Source: Nitrosopumilus sp.
Lineage (GTDB): Archaea > Thermoproteota > Nitrososphaeria > Nitrososphaerales > Nitrosopumilaceae
NCBI GenBank assembly: GCA_965205675.1
Contig: OZ242186.1
Coordinates: 1,184,001 to 1,248,000 of the forward strand
DNA length: 64,000 bases
Direction: 5' to 3'
Shown: positions 1-10,923 of the stretch, piece by piece
Numbering within the stretch: the stretch's first letter is position 1
Layout of the letters: each line of letters starts with the position of its first letter
Translations under genes and position numbers: made by a program
The notes under the pieces: model-generated
What the model saw: the letters and a program-made list of their open reading frames with translations, nothing else
Told to the model about the DNA's origin: nothing
Databases searched by the model: none

Positions 1-440
1 TACAATCGAAGTTATTTTAGATTCAAATTAAATTATCAAGATTTAAGAGACTTGTACAAATAATGAATTGTTAGTTCACTAAGAATTCTAGTAATTACAA
101 GTAAAGAAAATCAGCAGTAGTTAATTTATCAGGATGTATATCAACATTAAAAATATCAACATATTCTACGGATAAATCTGCAGAAGAATAAAATTCATGC
201 TAGGTTCAGATTTTACAAGTATGGGAGCAAATTCAAAAATAAATTCATCAGATGGACTTGACGATTCTTTAGATTCAATAAAAGGAAATAGTTCTAATAA
301 TTCAAAAGTTTAAGAAGAATCTTAAACAAGGAAAATAATTCCAACATATATTTTCTGATAAAATTTTATGAATCATGATCTAATTTATTTTATCAAATGC
401 CATATTGATCATAACATTACACATCAAACCATGAGTAATA

Positions 441-1566
441 ACTTTGTTTCCTAATTATTCATTCTAGGCTCAAAATACAACCGAAAAAGATTTGGATCTG
501 AAAAGTCAGATCTATCATGTGTCTGAGAAAAAGTACGATGATAGAAAGTACATCTTACGTGAAAAATTCTATGTACTACATCTGGATTCTGAATGTCACA
601 AGGTCCAGACAAACTAAATGACAACAAGTTTGGAGCATCATTTGTCTATTCAGATGACTGTTTTATGGTAATGGCATTGTTTAGAAATACTGTTGGTGTT
701 GCATGCAGACAACTGCAAGGAATTACTGGAGATTGTCTTGGAGAAAAAGAGTCATCAAAATTTCCTGTCATTTACAAAAGAATCAACAAAATACAACTTG
801 GGGAGAATGATGGCAAGATGGGGTTTACGGATGGGAAAAATAAAACAGAGATTGTACTGCTTGCAGCAGACTCAACAGGTCTCAAACCAACAAGCAGGGG
901 AGACCAGATGGGAAACAAGTGGAACATTAAACGTGTATTCATAAAGTTGCATGTGAATGGTAGATTCCAAAGCCAAGAAAATTTATGCAGTATCTGCAAC
1001 TGGTGACTCTTGTGTGGATTGCCCCAGAATTCAAAAAATTACTTGATGAAGGCTTACAAAACACAGTGAATTCTCCTAATGTGAAAAAGTCTAGAGTCAC
1101 TAGTTGCATGTGATAGCACATATGATTCTAATGATAATTTTGAAGAGTGTAAAAAGAGAAATGCAATTTCAATTATTCCAGTAAAAAAGAATTTTTCAGG
1201 TAAGGCAAAGGGCAGTACTGCAAGAAAGAAACAAGGATTGATTCAGTTTGACAATTGTGAGATAAATAAAAAGAGCATCAAAATGTTTAATGATTTAACA
1301 GATGAACAAAAGGTACGAAATAGAAACAAATGGAAAAATGATGCATAGGTTATGGTAGATGTCAGTCTGCAGAAATTACATTCTCCACATGGAAAAGAAT
1401 TCCCGGAGAGAATATTTCAGCCAGAGTTTGGTGTAATGTGACAAGAGGGATAAAATTCAAGGTAATGATATACAATTTGATGATGCAATGGAGCAGAAGA
1501 TGAACCAGAACTAGATAATGATTTGTTTATAGTGTAAACATGTAAAGTGAAATTGGGAAACAAAGT
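441..1566 (+). mobile_element. Degenerate IS5-family (IS903/ISH1-like) insertion sequence with frameshifted transposase
   Basis: Inverted repeats actttgtttcctaatt (441-456) and aattgggaaacaaagt (1551-1566). Fragment LAADSTGLKPTSRGDQMGNKW..KRVFIKLH matches the IS5-type N2 DDE motif. Multiple stops and frameshifts downstream. Confidence 0.75.
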
Positions 1567-1662
1567 TGGAACCATGGGATAGACGAAATGTTTTAACTTT
1601 GTATGGGTTTGTAAAATTTTATGAGTTGACGCCTTTATAGAAAATCATATTAGGTAAATTGT

Positions 1663-2547
1663 ATGAATATAAAAAAATTCATCAACGAGAATGACTTATC
1701 TAATTTTCCTATAGGTTTAGGCGGATGTCGTATCAGTGATCTATCTTTTGATTCATGTGACTATGATATTTTTGTTTTTGATGAAAAACTAGGATTTCCT
1801 CAAATCATTTCATATTATGGTGAATTTGTAACCCTTCATCATTCTTCTTTATCTGAAATTAATTCTGAAAAATTACTTCAATACCACCAATTGAAAATTC
1901 TCCAAGATGAATCATGGGATCTACAAATGATGCTTTCTAAAATTAAAGAAAAACATACTTTGTTATTGTCGGATTTTGCAAAAAATTCCTTAATAGAATC
2001 ACAATTCTGTTGTCAAAAAACGAGTAAAGGCATACAAACTGGAGATGTGTTTGCTCCTTGTTGGCAAAAATGTGCCACTTATTATTTGGCCAAAGCTATT
2101 TCTGCAATCAACCATTTACATCCCAGTCCTTCACACATGCTTGATTCTCTTCGCAAATTAAAAAAAAATACTGTCAATGGACATATTTTTAATGTAACTG
2201 AGACTGTTGGAATTGAGCGAGCTACACCAATTTTGCTTGAAAGAATGCTAAAATCCACAATAGGATTTTCGGATTTGATAGAAAAGAACAATCATTCTCA
2301 AATTATTCAACAAAAACATGATTTCTTTGTAGAAAACTCTATGCTCTCGGATTGCTACTTTTATTTGGGCTATATCAACCAAAAAAATTTTATGGAAATT
2401 AAGGATACTGTCTCTAAGGAGCCAGATTTGTTTCATATTCTAAAAATTGCATTTGATGTTGAGGCTAACTCAACTTTACTTCAACAACAGTCTGAAATTA
2501 TACAGAAATCTTGTAATGAAATTCTTGGAATTATTTCAAGTGCGTGA
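1663..2547 (+). CDS. Conserved thaumarchaeal hypothetical protein with N-terminal nucleotidyltransferase-like motif
   Basis: 294-aa ORF; GLGGCR...SCDYDIFVF resembles the hG(S)...DxD motif of Pol-beta-like NTases. Confidence 0.65.
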   Translation: MNIKKFINENDLSNFPIGLGGCRISDLSFDSCDYDIFVFDEKLGFPQIISYYGEFVTLHHSSLSEINSEKLLQYHQLKILQDESWDLQMMLSKIKEKHTLLLSDFAKNSLIESQFCCQKTSKGIQTGDVFAPCWQKCATYYLAKAISAINHLHPSPSHMLDSLRKLKKNTVNGHIFNVTETVGIERATPILLERMLKSTIGFSDLIEKNNHSQIIQQKHDFFVENSMLSDCYFYLGYINQKNFMEIKDTVSKEPDLFHILKIAFDVEANSTLLQQQSEIIQKSCNEILGIISSA

Positions 2548-2600
2548 TATTCTATTGACATGTACTAACCTTTTAAAATAAGTAAAACCTCCAGTTTAAC

Positions 2601-2744
2601 ATGGTAGATCAAGCATGTGGATGCGAAGCAGACAGCGGCGATCCAGATTACTCATGTGATTGTGCAATGCAAGGTCATTGTATATGCAGTTCTGATTGCA
2701 AATGTAATACCGACGTTTGTAAAGAAGCAACTAAAGATATGTGA
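2601..2744 (+). CDS. Metallothionein-like Cys-rich microprotein (47 aa)
   Basis: Hand translation MVDQACGCEADSGDPDYSCDCAMQGHCICSSDCKCNTDVCKEATKDM*; 9 Cys, four CxC pairs; TATA-like ttttaaaata at 2571-2580. Confidence 0.75.
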   Translation: MVDQACGCEADSGDPDYSCDCAMQGHCICSSDCKCNTDVCKEATKDM

Positions 2745-2780
2745 TTGGATAAATTCCAATACTAACTTTTTATTTTTTAC

Positions 2781-2948
2781 TTATTCGTCTTCGCCTTCAA
2801 AGCCCCATGATTTTACTAGTTCTTTTTGGAATTTGTCTGCCTGTTTTTCATCTAGCGCAAATCCACAATTCTTATGAGTGGGGACTACTACCATTCCATC
2901 TAGTTTGAATTCAACTTCAAACAAGTGTATTTTGGAACATTCGCACAT
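2781..2948 (-). CDS. Small hypothetical protein (55 aa), possible Zn-binding
   Basis: Hand translation MCECSKIHLFEVEFKLDGMVVVPTHKNCGFALDEKQADKFQKELVKSWGFEGEDE*; CxC and HxxC motifs; convergent with 2601-2744. Confidence 0.7.
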   Translation of the reverse strand: MCECSKIHLFEVEFKLDGMVVVPTHKNCGFALDEKQADKFQKELVKSWGFEGEDE

Positions 2949-3679
2949 TTCTGGAATTACTGTACTTATTCCTCTATATTTGCTTATTTGAACAATATTA
3001 TACTGTCTATTTTTCTCATTTTTTGTTACCTGTCTAGAGTTTTAAAGTGGTTCTCTAATTTTTTATCGATATCTTTTCTGATCAATGAGAAGGCATAATG
3101 CACAATTCTTAACAGATGAAGAATCGGAAATGCCGTAATTGATTAATTCATTTGGAAAAAGGAAAATCAGCAATTATGTAAAGGGATTGTAAAGATAAAG
3201 GCAACATCTACATTTGTTACAACAAACATCAAGGCAAAACCAAACAAGAAAAAGTTACAAAACAAAAAGATCTCAAAACATCAAAGAAAAACAAAAGCAG
3301 GCCAACCCAAATTGATCATACTGCTAGAGTGAGCCAAAAAAATGCACCTTGTTTGTTATCTTATTCTTAGAAATAATTGATTTAGATGATTGAGCATCTA
3401 TTGTCCCTAAATTATTATGGAGTATTTTACAATAATTTTAGATTGGCTTTGTATCATTTGCAAAAACAATCTCTGATGAATCATTGTTGATGAAATTCCT
3501 AGAGGCAAAATACACTAAGAATCTTTCATGTCTTTTCTACAAAAACAAAATTTTCTGCATCATGAAAAGCAGAGACAAAATGAGATGCATGCATAAAATA
3601 TCAAAAAAATTACAAGCCATTTTCCAGATCAAAGTTCTCATGGATTAGAACTCCATACTCTATACTTCCTAACATAAAT

Positions 3680-3990
3680 TCATCCACCATCTTCTCGTTG
3701 CATATACTTGAGAATGTCTAAATTGAATCGTCTTGTTCTGTAATATTTGGAGATGTTATTTTTCAGATTACTTGGAGATGGCAGATACTGTGACACCAAC
3801 AAATTGTATTTTCCTAGGCTTCCATACTTCCTCAACTGCATTGAACTGTGGTGAGCCTTTTGGAAACCAATTCAATAGAATATCATCTGCATTCTCATCA
3901 AGATATTTTTGTACTAGTTTTGATCTGTGTTGTGGTGCTCAGTCTACATAGACTGTCTAACAAATATTCATGACCTAAAATCTTTCAAAT
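3680..3990 (-). pseudogene. IS630-family transposase remnant (C-terminal DDE region)
   Basis: Minus strand reads D*APQHRSKLVQKYLDENADDILLNWFPKGSPQFNAVEEVWK, then KNNISKYYRTRRFNLD after a frameshift; matches the DnA..H / P..SP.lN..E..W motif. Confidence 0.7.
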
Positions 3991-4080
3991 TATGCTAATT
4001 CCTGAAACTTAAACTTGAATCTACAATGTACGTAAATCGAGTTTAGAATAGGGTGACGAATTTTTGTTATTGAGTATAGT

Positions 4081-4647
4081 TTAGAAATTAAATGAATTCC
4101 TAACCTTAAATGGCATTTTACATTCTTCTAAAAAAAGCTCTTTTCGAACACCATCTATTTTTGCAAAAAATTTCCCTTCGTATGTGCATACACAGTCCGT
4201 AATTTCAAGAGATTCATCCCATATTTTGAAATATTCTCGCAATTCCCGACTTACATATTCCCCAATACCCATTCTTCTTTTAGATAAAAATTTGAATGCC
4301 AATAACACATTTCTTTTTTTATAGATATCAAATGTCTTAATCCAATCCAAGCAGCGCTCAATTTGATCTGCAGGTACAGGTAAGAAGGTACTGGTACCAG
4401 ATTTTGCTTCAATTGTAAATATTGTATTTTTTTTAGTATTTACAGCTAAAACATCAGGTAGTGCAATACTAGAAGAGCCTAATCGAAAAGCACTCCAATC
4501 TGGAATATTTTTGAATCTCTTTACAATCGTATCTTCCCACTGATATCCTCTCTGTCTTCGTGTTCGGGCAGCTTTTTGATTACTGTGTAAAGATTTCTTA
4601 TTATCTTTTTGTTTTGCAATTGTTAATGAAGTAAATTTTCGTCTCAT
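4081..4647 (-). CDS. Hjc-family Holliday junction resolvase-like PD-(D/E)xK nuclease
   Basis: RGYQWED, AFRLGSSS..LPDVLA, TIEAKS motifs typical of Hjc. Confidence 0.75.
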   Translation of the reverse strand: MRRKFTSLTIAKQKDNKKSLHSNQKAARTRRQRGYQWEDTIVKRFKNIPDWSAFRLGSSSIALPDVLAVNTKKNTIFTIEAKSGTSTFLPVPADQIERCLDWIKTFDIYKKRNVLLAFKFLSKRRMGIGEYVSRELREYFKIWDESLEITDCVCTYEGKFFAKIDGVRKELFLEECKMPFKVRNSFNF

Positions 4648-5387
4648 TATCTTTTTACACCTTTATTGGGTATATAGTAAAGCAGGTAATTACATTATTA
4701 CTAGGAGGTTTTGATCAAAAACAACAATTTCTTACACTGTTGAATCTTGGAGGACTTTCTGAGTTTTCAAGGAGGAGATACGCTAGAAATTCGAGACATG
4801 TGACTAGATATTTTTGAATCTATGCACATATTTTGAAAAGCCCATCTGCAAGATTTTATGAAGTTTTTAGACCAAACTATTCCAATACAATATAGGATTT
4901 GATAAAAACTAGTTTGGGGAAGATCCATATTTTATTTAGATCACCACTTGTACCAAATCCGTCGATCCAGACAGAAAAGGATTTACTCTTCTAACCAATC
5001 CTGACGGCATACAAAGGATTGATGCTTGAGCCACTTGACAAGAAAGAATCAGATGGCACACACAAAAACATTCCAACTGATCACGCAAGAAAATATGCAA
5101 ATTCAAAATCATCACACTGCAGATACTGCTAGAGGATTGATAGCTTTGAGAGATATAACGTAGCATGTAAGGAACTCAAATCATGCAGATTGGATGGGAG
5201 AGAGAAACAGAGATGTGCGAATTTATAAAATGAGATGGAGATTTCAAAGTTTAATTGACATATGATTTAACAATGCTAAAGTGCTGATACTGTGAAATTC
5301 ACATGATCTAAATTTAACAGGGAAAACTCCATGCCACGTATTCTTAACAGTATCGTCAGGATAACGCAGCAGAACCAAAAGCCATAT

Positions 5388-6989
5388 TCAAAATACCTCT
5401 TTTGGACGATATTCTCCAAATACTTCTCTGAATGTATTGCTAATTTCGCCAGTAGTTGCAAAGGCTTTGGCAGCAGTTACAATGTAAGGCATGAGATTTT
5501 CTTCAGTGTCAGCTGCACTTTGCATAGCAGATAAGGCTTTTTCTAATTTTTTAGAATCTCTGTCTGCACGTAATTTCTTGAGGGCTTTCTTTTGTTGGAT
5601 TTCAACCCTATCATCAATTCGCAATAATTCTGGTTGCTCTTCTTCTTCAGAATACTTGTTTACGCCTACAATGATTCTATTAGCATCATCAGTCTCTTTT
5701 TTCAAACGATATGCGTTTGCACGAATTTCTGATTGGAAAAATCCTTTCTCAATTGCTTTTACAGAGCCCCCCATTTTTTGGATTTTTTTAAGATACTTCC
5801 AAACCCCATCTTCAATTTGGTCACATAAATCTTCCAGATAATAAGAACCAGCAAGAGGATCAGCAGTTTTTGTAATTCCACTCTCATGTGCTACAATTTG
5901 TTGGGTTCGGAGTGCAATTTTTGCAGATTCTTGAGTAGGAAGCGCAAGTGCTTCATCTCTAGAGTTTGTATGTAATGATTGAGTACCACCGGCTACTGCA
6001 GCCATTGTCTGTATTGCAACACGAACAATGTTGTTGTTTGGTTGTTGAGCAGTTAAAGATTCACCACTAGTTTGAGTATGGAATTTTAATTGTAAAGAAC
6101 GCGGGTTTTTTGCATGAAACATTTCTTTTAATATTTTTGCATAAATTTTTCTTGCAACTCTAAACTTTGCAACTTCTTCAAAGAACTCTATAGTACAACA
6201 AAAGAAAAAGGACAGACGGGGTGCAAAGTCATCAATTTTCAAACCTTTATCAATACAAGTTTGAATGTATGCAATCGCATTAGCCAAAGTAAATGCAACT
6301 TCTTGTGTAGCAGTACATCCAGCTTCTCTCATATGGTATCCAGATATAGACACAGGGTACCAAGATGGAACTTTTTTTGCACAATAACTAATCATATCAC
6401 CGATTAATCTCATGGAAGGCTGTGGCGGATAGATGTAAGTATTTCTTGCAATGTATTCTTTGAGGATATCATTTTGTGTTGTGCCACGAAGATCATGGCT
6501 TTTGAATCCCTGAGATTCACCAACTGCAATGTAGTATGCAAGTAATGTTGATGCAGTAGAATTAATCGTCATTGAAGAACTAACCTTGCCCAAAGGAATA
6601 CCATCAAAAGCAGTCATCATATCCTTGATTGATGTAATAGAGACTCCGACTTTTCCAATTTCACCTTCAGCTTGAGGAGAATCAGAATCATATCCAATTT
6701 GAGTAGGCAAGTCAAAGGCCATACTGAGCCCGGTTTGACCTTTTTCAAGCATAAACTTGAATCGCTCATTTGTTAATTTTGCATCACCGAATCCAGAATA
6801 TTGTCTCATAGTCCAAAATCTATCACGGAACATTCCAGGATGAATTCCTCTGGTAAAAGGATATTTTCCTGCATCTTCAACAGATCTCTTTTTAGTAGAT
6901 TTTTGATAAATTCTTTTTACAAGGAATGTAGAGTCTGTAAAGATTTTCTTTTCAAAAGTTTTTGATTTTGTTGATTTTTTTGCAGCCAT
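5388..6989 (-). CDS. Methylmalonyl-CoA mutase, large (N-terminal) subunit
   Basis: YPFTRGIH, WTMRQYSGFG, GLSMAFDLPTQ, QNDILKEY, SISGYHMREAG, GGTQSLHTN. Confidence 0.97.
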   Translation of the reverse strand: MAAKKSTKSKTFEKKIFTDSTFLVKRIYQKSTKKRSVEDAGKYPFTRGIHPGMFRDRFWTMRQYSGFGDAKLTNERFKFMLEKGQTGLSMAFDLPTQIGYDSDSPQAEGEIGKVGVSITSIKDMMTAFDGIPLGKVSSSMTINSTASTLLAYYIAVGESQGFKSHDLRGTTQNDILKEYIARNTYIYPPQPSMRLIGDMISYCAKKVPSWYPVSISGYHMREAGCTATQEVAFTLANAIAYIQTCIDKGLKIDDFAPRLSFFFCCTIEFFEEVAKFRVARKIYAKILKEMFHAKNPRSLQLKFHTQTSGESLTAQQPNNNIVRVAIQTMAAVAGGTQSLHTNSRDEALALPTQESAKIALRTQQIVAHESGITKTADPLAGSYYLEDLCDQIEDGVWKYLKKIQKMGGSVKAIEKGFFQSEIRANAYRLKKETDDANRIIVGVNKYSEEEEQPELLRIDDRVEIQQKKALKKLRADRDSKKLEKALSAMQSAADTEENLMPYIVTAAKAFATTGEISNTFREVFGEYRPKEVF

Positions 6990-6993
6990 AACA

Positions 6994-7911
6994 TCACTTT
7001 ATCAAGGATTTTGTAATTTTGTCTCCAGCTTGGAAAGGATCAATGTCTTTAGATTGTAATTTTTTAAGATATTTTGAAAAGATTTTATCAGAAACTAGCA
7101 TGTCATCAATTCTCTCTTTAATGTTATTTAAAACAATATCTTTTAGTTCGACCTCAAGACGTTCAAGATCTTTAATACTTTTTAATTTCTTTTTAGATTT
7201 CATCATATCTTTGAGGGTTTTTGCAAATACAGTAATGCCAGAATTTTTTTTTACAGAAGTTTTCAAAATGATGGGATTTCTTTCAGAATCTCCAATAAAA
7301 TCACGAACTGCATCAAATAGTTGATTAGTTCCACTCAAATCACTTTTGTTAACAAGATAAATATCTCCAATTTCAGTCAAACCAGCTTTAATGGTTTGTA
7401 TGCTGTCACCAGTGTTTGGATTAAACACAACTACAGTAATATCAGCAATATTTGAAATTTCAACTTCAGTTTGTCCAGCTCCCACACTTTCAATTATTAT
7501 CGGATTAAATCCGGCATATTCTAAAACACGAACACTATTTCGTAAAGAATTGGATACGGCACCAGTTGCACCTCGCGATGCAATACTTCGAATGTATGTT
7601 CCAGAGTCAGTAGATTCACTCATTCTAACTCTATCACCTAAGATAGATCCGCCAGTTACATGGCTAGTGGGATCAACAGCAAGGACAGCAGGTTTTATGC
7701 CTAATTTTTTCATAGCAATAGCAGTTTTGTTAATCAGGGAACTTTTTCCAGCACCAGCAGGTCCTGTAATTCCAATAATTATAGAATTACCGGTGTTTTT
7801 GAAAATTTTCTTTAATAGTTTTTTTGCTTCGGATTGATCATTTTCTATAATAGTGATAGCTTTTGCAATGGCACCACGTTTTCCTTTTTTGAGATCAACT
7901 AACAGAACCAA
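6994..7911 (-). CDS. meaB: Methylmalonyl-CoA mutase-associated GTPase MeaB/ArgK
   Basis: GITGPAGAGKSS, AVDPTS..GGSILGDRVRM, IESVGAGQ, NKSD; adjacent to the mutase. Confidence 0.93.
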   Translation of the reverse strand: MVLLVDLKKGKRGAIAKAITIIENDQSEAKKLLKKIFKNTGNSIIIGITGPAGAGKSSLINKTAIAMKKLGIKPAVLAVDPTSHVTGGSILGDRVRMSESTDSGTYIRSIASRGATGAVSNSLRNSVRVLEYAGFNPIIIESVGAGQTEVEISNIADITVVVFNPNTGDSIQTIKAGLTEIGDIYLVNKSDLSGTNQLFDAVRDFIGDSERNPIILKTSVKKNSGITVFAKTLKDMMKSKKKLKSIKDLERLEVELKDIVLNNIKERIDDMLVSDKIFSKYLKKLQSKDIDPFQAGDKITKSLIK

Positions 7912-7956
7912 GATACATCAAAGGATTCAGAGGTGCAATAAAATCTTGTGTTAGAT

Positions 7957-8361
7957 CTAAGGAGTAGAATAAATTACAGGAGGAACAGGTTCACCCAAAG
8001 GATGAATTTCAGTTTTTAACTGAACATGGCCAAATTCCTCATGATCAATTTCTAGAACTATTGGATGAGCTTTCCACCCATATTTTGGTTCAGTTGAAAA
8101 TGGAACAATCTCAATAAATTCAGAGCTAAAGAATGTTTTTTGAAAGGATTCATCCAGACCAAGAATTTCTAAGACAACATTAGAGGTTTTGCCAGAATTG
8201 TCAAGAAATGAAATTTCGACATGACCCGCATCATAGTAAACTGCGTCTACTTGAAATGTTTCTTTGAAAATATCATCATCAGATATTCCTTCAGTTAAAA
8301 ATACAATGGCTAAAACAGTAAACACTCCAAGAAATATTGGAGGACCTAGTCTTTTAGCCAT
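7957..8361 (-). CDS. Hypothetical membrane-anchored protein
   Basis: N-terminal hydrophobic helix, acidic beta-rich remainder; overlaps the aminopeptidase stop. Confidence 0.7.
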   Translation of the reverse strand: MAKRLGPPIFLGVFTVLAIVFLTEGISDDDIFKETFQVDAVYYDAGHVEISFLDNSGKTSNVVLEILGLDESFQKTFFSSEFIEIVPFSTEPKYGWKAHPIVLEIDHEEFGHVQLKTEIHPLGEPVPPVIYSTP

Positions 8362-10855
8362 CTTTGAATTCTTTTCTCATTCGTCTAAGGAATTTTGAGT
8401 TTATTCTAATTCGTTCTAAAGTTTGGGATTGAGTACGTTCAGTACCAGGAGTAGGATTCTTTTTGAAAAAAGTTTTGATTTCTTTTTCCATAGAATCATC
8501 AGCTACAGAGGCAATACTTGCGACAATTCTATTGAAAAGAGGATTCCCATGTCCAACTTTTTTGTTTATGTTTTTCCAGTTTTTCTTAAGCCAAGACCAC
8601 AAGACTTTCTCACCGTATGGATTTGCAGCAACTTTCATAATAGGTAATTGCATATTTTGCGAACGAACATGAGGAGTTTGAGAGAAATCAAGGGATTTTA
8701 AAAGCAATTTTTTGTCTTTGAACCCACACAAGGCACTCAAGAATCTAAGTTTTTCTTCCATTGTTTTTGCATTCTTGTATAATTTTGTAAGTTCAGCATG
8801 TGTTTTTAAATTTCCATTCCATGCAGCAATTGAACATATTGGTTCAATTAAATCAGGAGAAAGGGTACGAGGATATTTTAAGAATTTTTTATATTTTCGT
8901 AACGCTTCTTCAGTAACTTCCTCATCATTCATTTTACCAAGTACTGAAATTGTAAATCCGCGTAGTAACGCATCAGTATGTTTGTTAGATTTTTGAGGTT
9001 CCCATCCTAAATTAGATAAAATTTTTCTAAAATAATTTATGGCATAACCACGAATTTCTTCTGCAAAAGGTTCATCAAATGTACGAAAATACAAAGAGGC
9101 CAAATTGTGTGCAACATTTACTGATGCAAGATAACTATCTTCATCAAAGTATGCATCTGAAAAGTCTAAATAATTTCTGACTTGTGCATCACCAGAAACA
9201 CAAAGAGAGAATAGATCGTTTTGTACAGCCCATCTATCAATTGCAGGAAAACGTTTTTCATCAACAAGCATTTTCAGATCAAGTAAAATGCCCTCATCAT
9301 ATTTTACACGATAGAAACCTTTTCTGCCATAATTGGCAACAAACCCCAGTGTGTTTTTTGGAAGTTTAATTGACATTGATTTTTTATTTAGTAATGTTTT
9401 AGAGATTTCAGATTCCATTCCCAAGGACAGGGGGATAGACCATAAACCTTTGTTGAATTTTTTATCAGATTCAAGCAAGTATCGTTTTTGTTTTAATTTC
9501 AGAGCATTCCCATCCTGACTGATTTCAACGAGAGGAAATCCGGGCTGTTTTAGCCATGTGTTAACCATAGAAGAAACAGGCATTTTTGATGCTCGACCAA
9601 TGGCATCCCACAAATCTTGCCCCTTTGCATTTCGATATTTAAAATCAGAGAGATATTTTTTCAGTCCTTTTTGAAAATTGGGTTCCCCAACATAATGTTC
9701 AAGCATTCTCAATATACAGCCGCCTTTATCATAAGAAATTGCATCAAAAATTTCCCTAATCTCAGCAGGGGAATTTACGGTAACATCAATAGGATGTGTT
9801 GTTTTAAGAGAGTCAAGCCCCATTGCCAGATTCATTGCATCATCAACGAATTGATTCCACAAGTCCCATTCAGGATAAAATTTGTCAACAAACTTGGTGG
9901 CCATAAAAGTTGCAAAGCTTTCATTAAGCCACAAATCATTCCACCATTTCATAGTAACTAGATTCCCAAACCACTGATGAGCAATTTCATGAGATATTAC
10001 TTCTGCGATAAATTGTTTAGTTCTAGTAGAAGAAGTTCTGGGATCATATAGCAGAATTGTTTCTCTGAAAGTTATCGCACCCCAGTTCTCCATTGCCCCT
10101 GCTGCAAAATCAGGTACAGCAATTAAATCTAATTTAGGTAAAGGATATTTTATTCCAAAATATTTTTCATATGAAGTAAGAAGTTTTTTTCCCAAATCTA
10201 ATGAGAATTTTCCTTTAGATTTGTTGCCTTTTGTAGTGATTACCCTAATCAGGATTTTCCCAACTTTGCCTACAAGATATTCAAATTCTCCAACTCCAAG
10301 ATAAATCAAATATGTTGATACGATGGGGGTTTTTAGAAAATTGTATAGTGTTTTACTACCAATTTCTTTCTTTGATTTAATTGGCATATTAGAAATCGCA
10401 GTAAATTTGTTATCTGCAATAATTGAAATATCAAATGTTGCCTTTGCTTCAGGTTCATCCCAACAAGGAAATGCCCGTCTGGCATCTGCTGCTTCAAATT
10501 GAGTGGTAGCCAAATATTTTATCTTACCATTTTGAATATATTGACTACGATAGAATCCAAGTAATCGATCATTCAAAATACCTTGAAATTCTAAATAAAT
10601 GGTAATTTTACCTCGGACTTTTTCAGATAATTTAATTGATAATTCCTCTTTTTTCTCATTAATTTTAGGAAAAGATTTGATAGATTTGCCTCCAGACTTT
10701 ACCTGACATGTAATTATTTTCAATTCGGCACAATTCATACAAATAAGATCTGTAGATTTTTTACAATCAGCATCAATAGTTTCGATTCCATTAAATGTGA
10801 ATTTTTTTAGATCGGGTTCAAAAATTAATTTGTAATTAATCGGATTTATAGTCAT
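8354..10855 (-). CDS. M1-family aminopeptidase (puromycin-sensitive/tricorn-interacting-factor-like)
   Basis: ATTQFEAADARRAFPCWDEP, GAMENWG, HEIAHQWFGN..LWLNE, ERAP1-like C-terminus. Confidence 0.96.
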   Translation of the reverse strand: MTINPINYKLIFEPDLKKFTFNGIETIDADCKKSTDLICMNCAELKIITCQVKSGGKSIKSFPKINEKKEELSIKLSEKVRGKITIYLEFQGILNDRLLGFYRSQYIQNGKIKYLATTQFEAADARRAFPCWDEPEAKATFDISIIADNKFTAISNMPIKSKKEIGSKTLYNFLKTPIVSTYLIYLGVGEFEYLVGKVGKILIRVITTKGNKSKGKFSLDLGKKLLTSYEKYFGIKYPLPKLDLIAVPDFAAGAMENWGAITFRETILLYDPRTSSTRTKQFIAEVISHEIAHQWFGNLVTMKWWNDLWLNESFATFMATKFVDKFYPEWDLWNQFVDDAMNLAMGLDSLKTTHPIDVTVNSPAEIREIFDAISYDKGGCILRMLEHYVGEPNFQKGLKKYLSDFKYRNAKGQDLWDAIGRASKMPVSSMVNTWLKQPGFPLVEISQDGNALKLKQKRYLLESDKKFNKGLWSIPLSLGMESEISKTLLNKKSMSIKLPKNTLGFVANYGRKGFYRVKYDEGILLDLKMLVDEKRFPAIDRWAVQNDLFSLCVSGDAQVRNYLDFSDAYFDEDSYLASVNVAHNLASLYFRTFDEPFAEEIRGYAINYFRKILSNLGWEPQKSNKHTDALLRGFTISVLGKMNDEEVTEEALRKYKKFLKYPRTLSPDLIEPICSIAAWNGNLKTHAELTKLYKNAKTMEEKLRFLSALCGFKDKKLLLKSLDFSQTPHVRSQNMQLPIMKVAANPYGEKVLWSWLKKNWKNINKKVGHGNPLFNRIVASIASVADDSMEKEIKTFFKKNPTPGTERTQSQTLERIRINSKFLRRMRKEFKDG

Positions 10856-10923
10856 ATTTCTTGTGTTTTGGTTACACTTTAAGTAGATTTTCTATTTGAG
10901 ATTGAATTCTAGATCAAAAATTC

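Noticed and set aside
1-440. Possible decayed gene (fragments such as VVNLSG..TYS..K, SDR-like)
   Set aside because: Too many stops and too little motif to assign
2617-2877. 86-aa ORF in the track
   Set aside because: Shadow frame of the Cys-rich 2601-2744 ORF and antisense to 2781-2948
3050-3650. A-rich non-coding stretch, possible pseudogene
   Set aside because: No recognisable protein motif or repeat
4700-5387. Short ORFs 4936-5166 and 5276-5461
   Set aside because: No motifs and atypical composition; probably eroded foreign DNA
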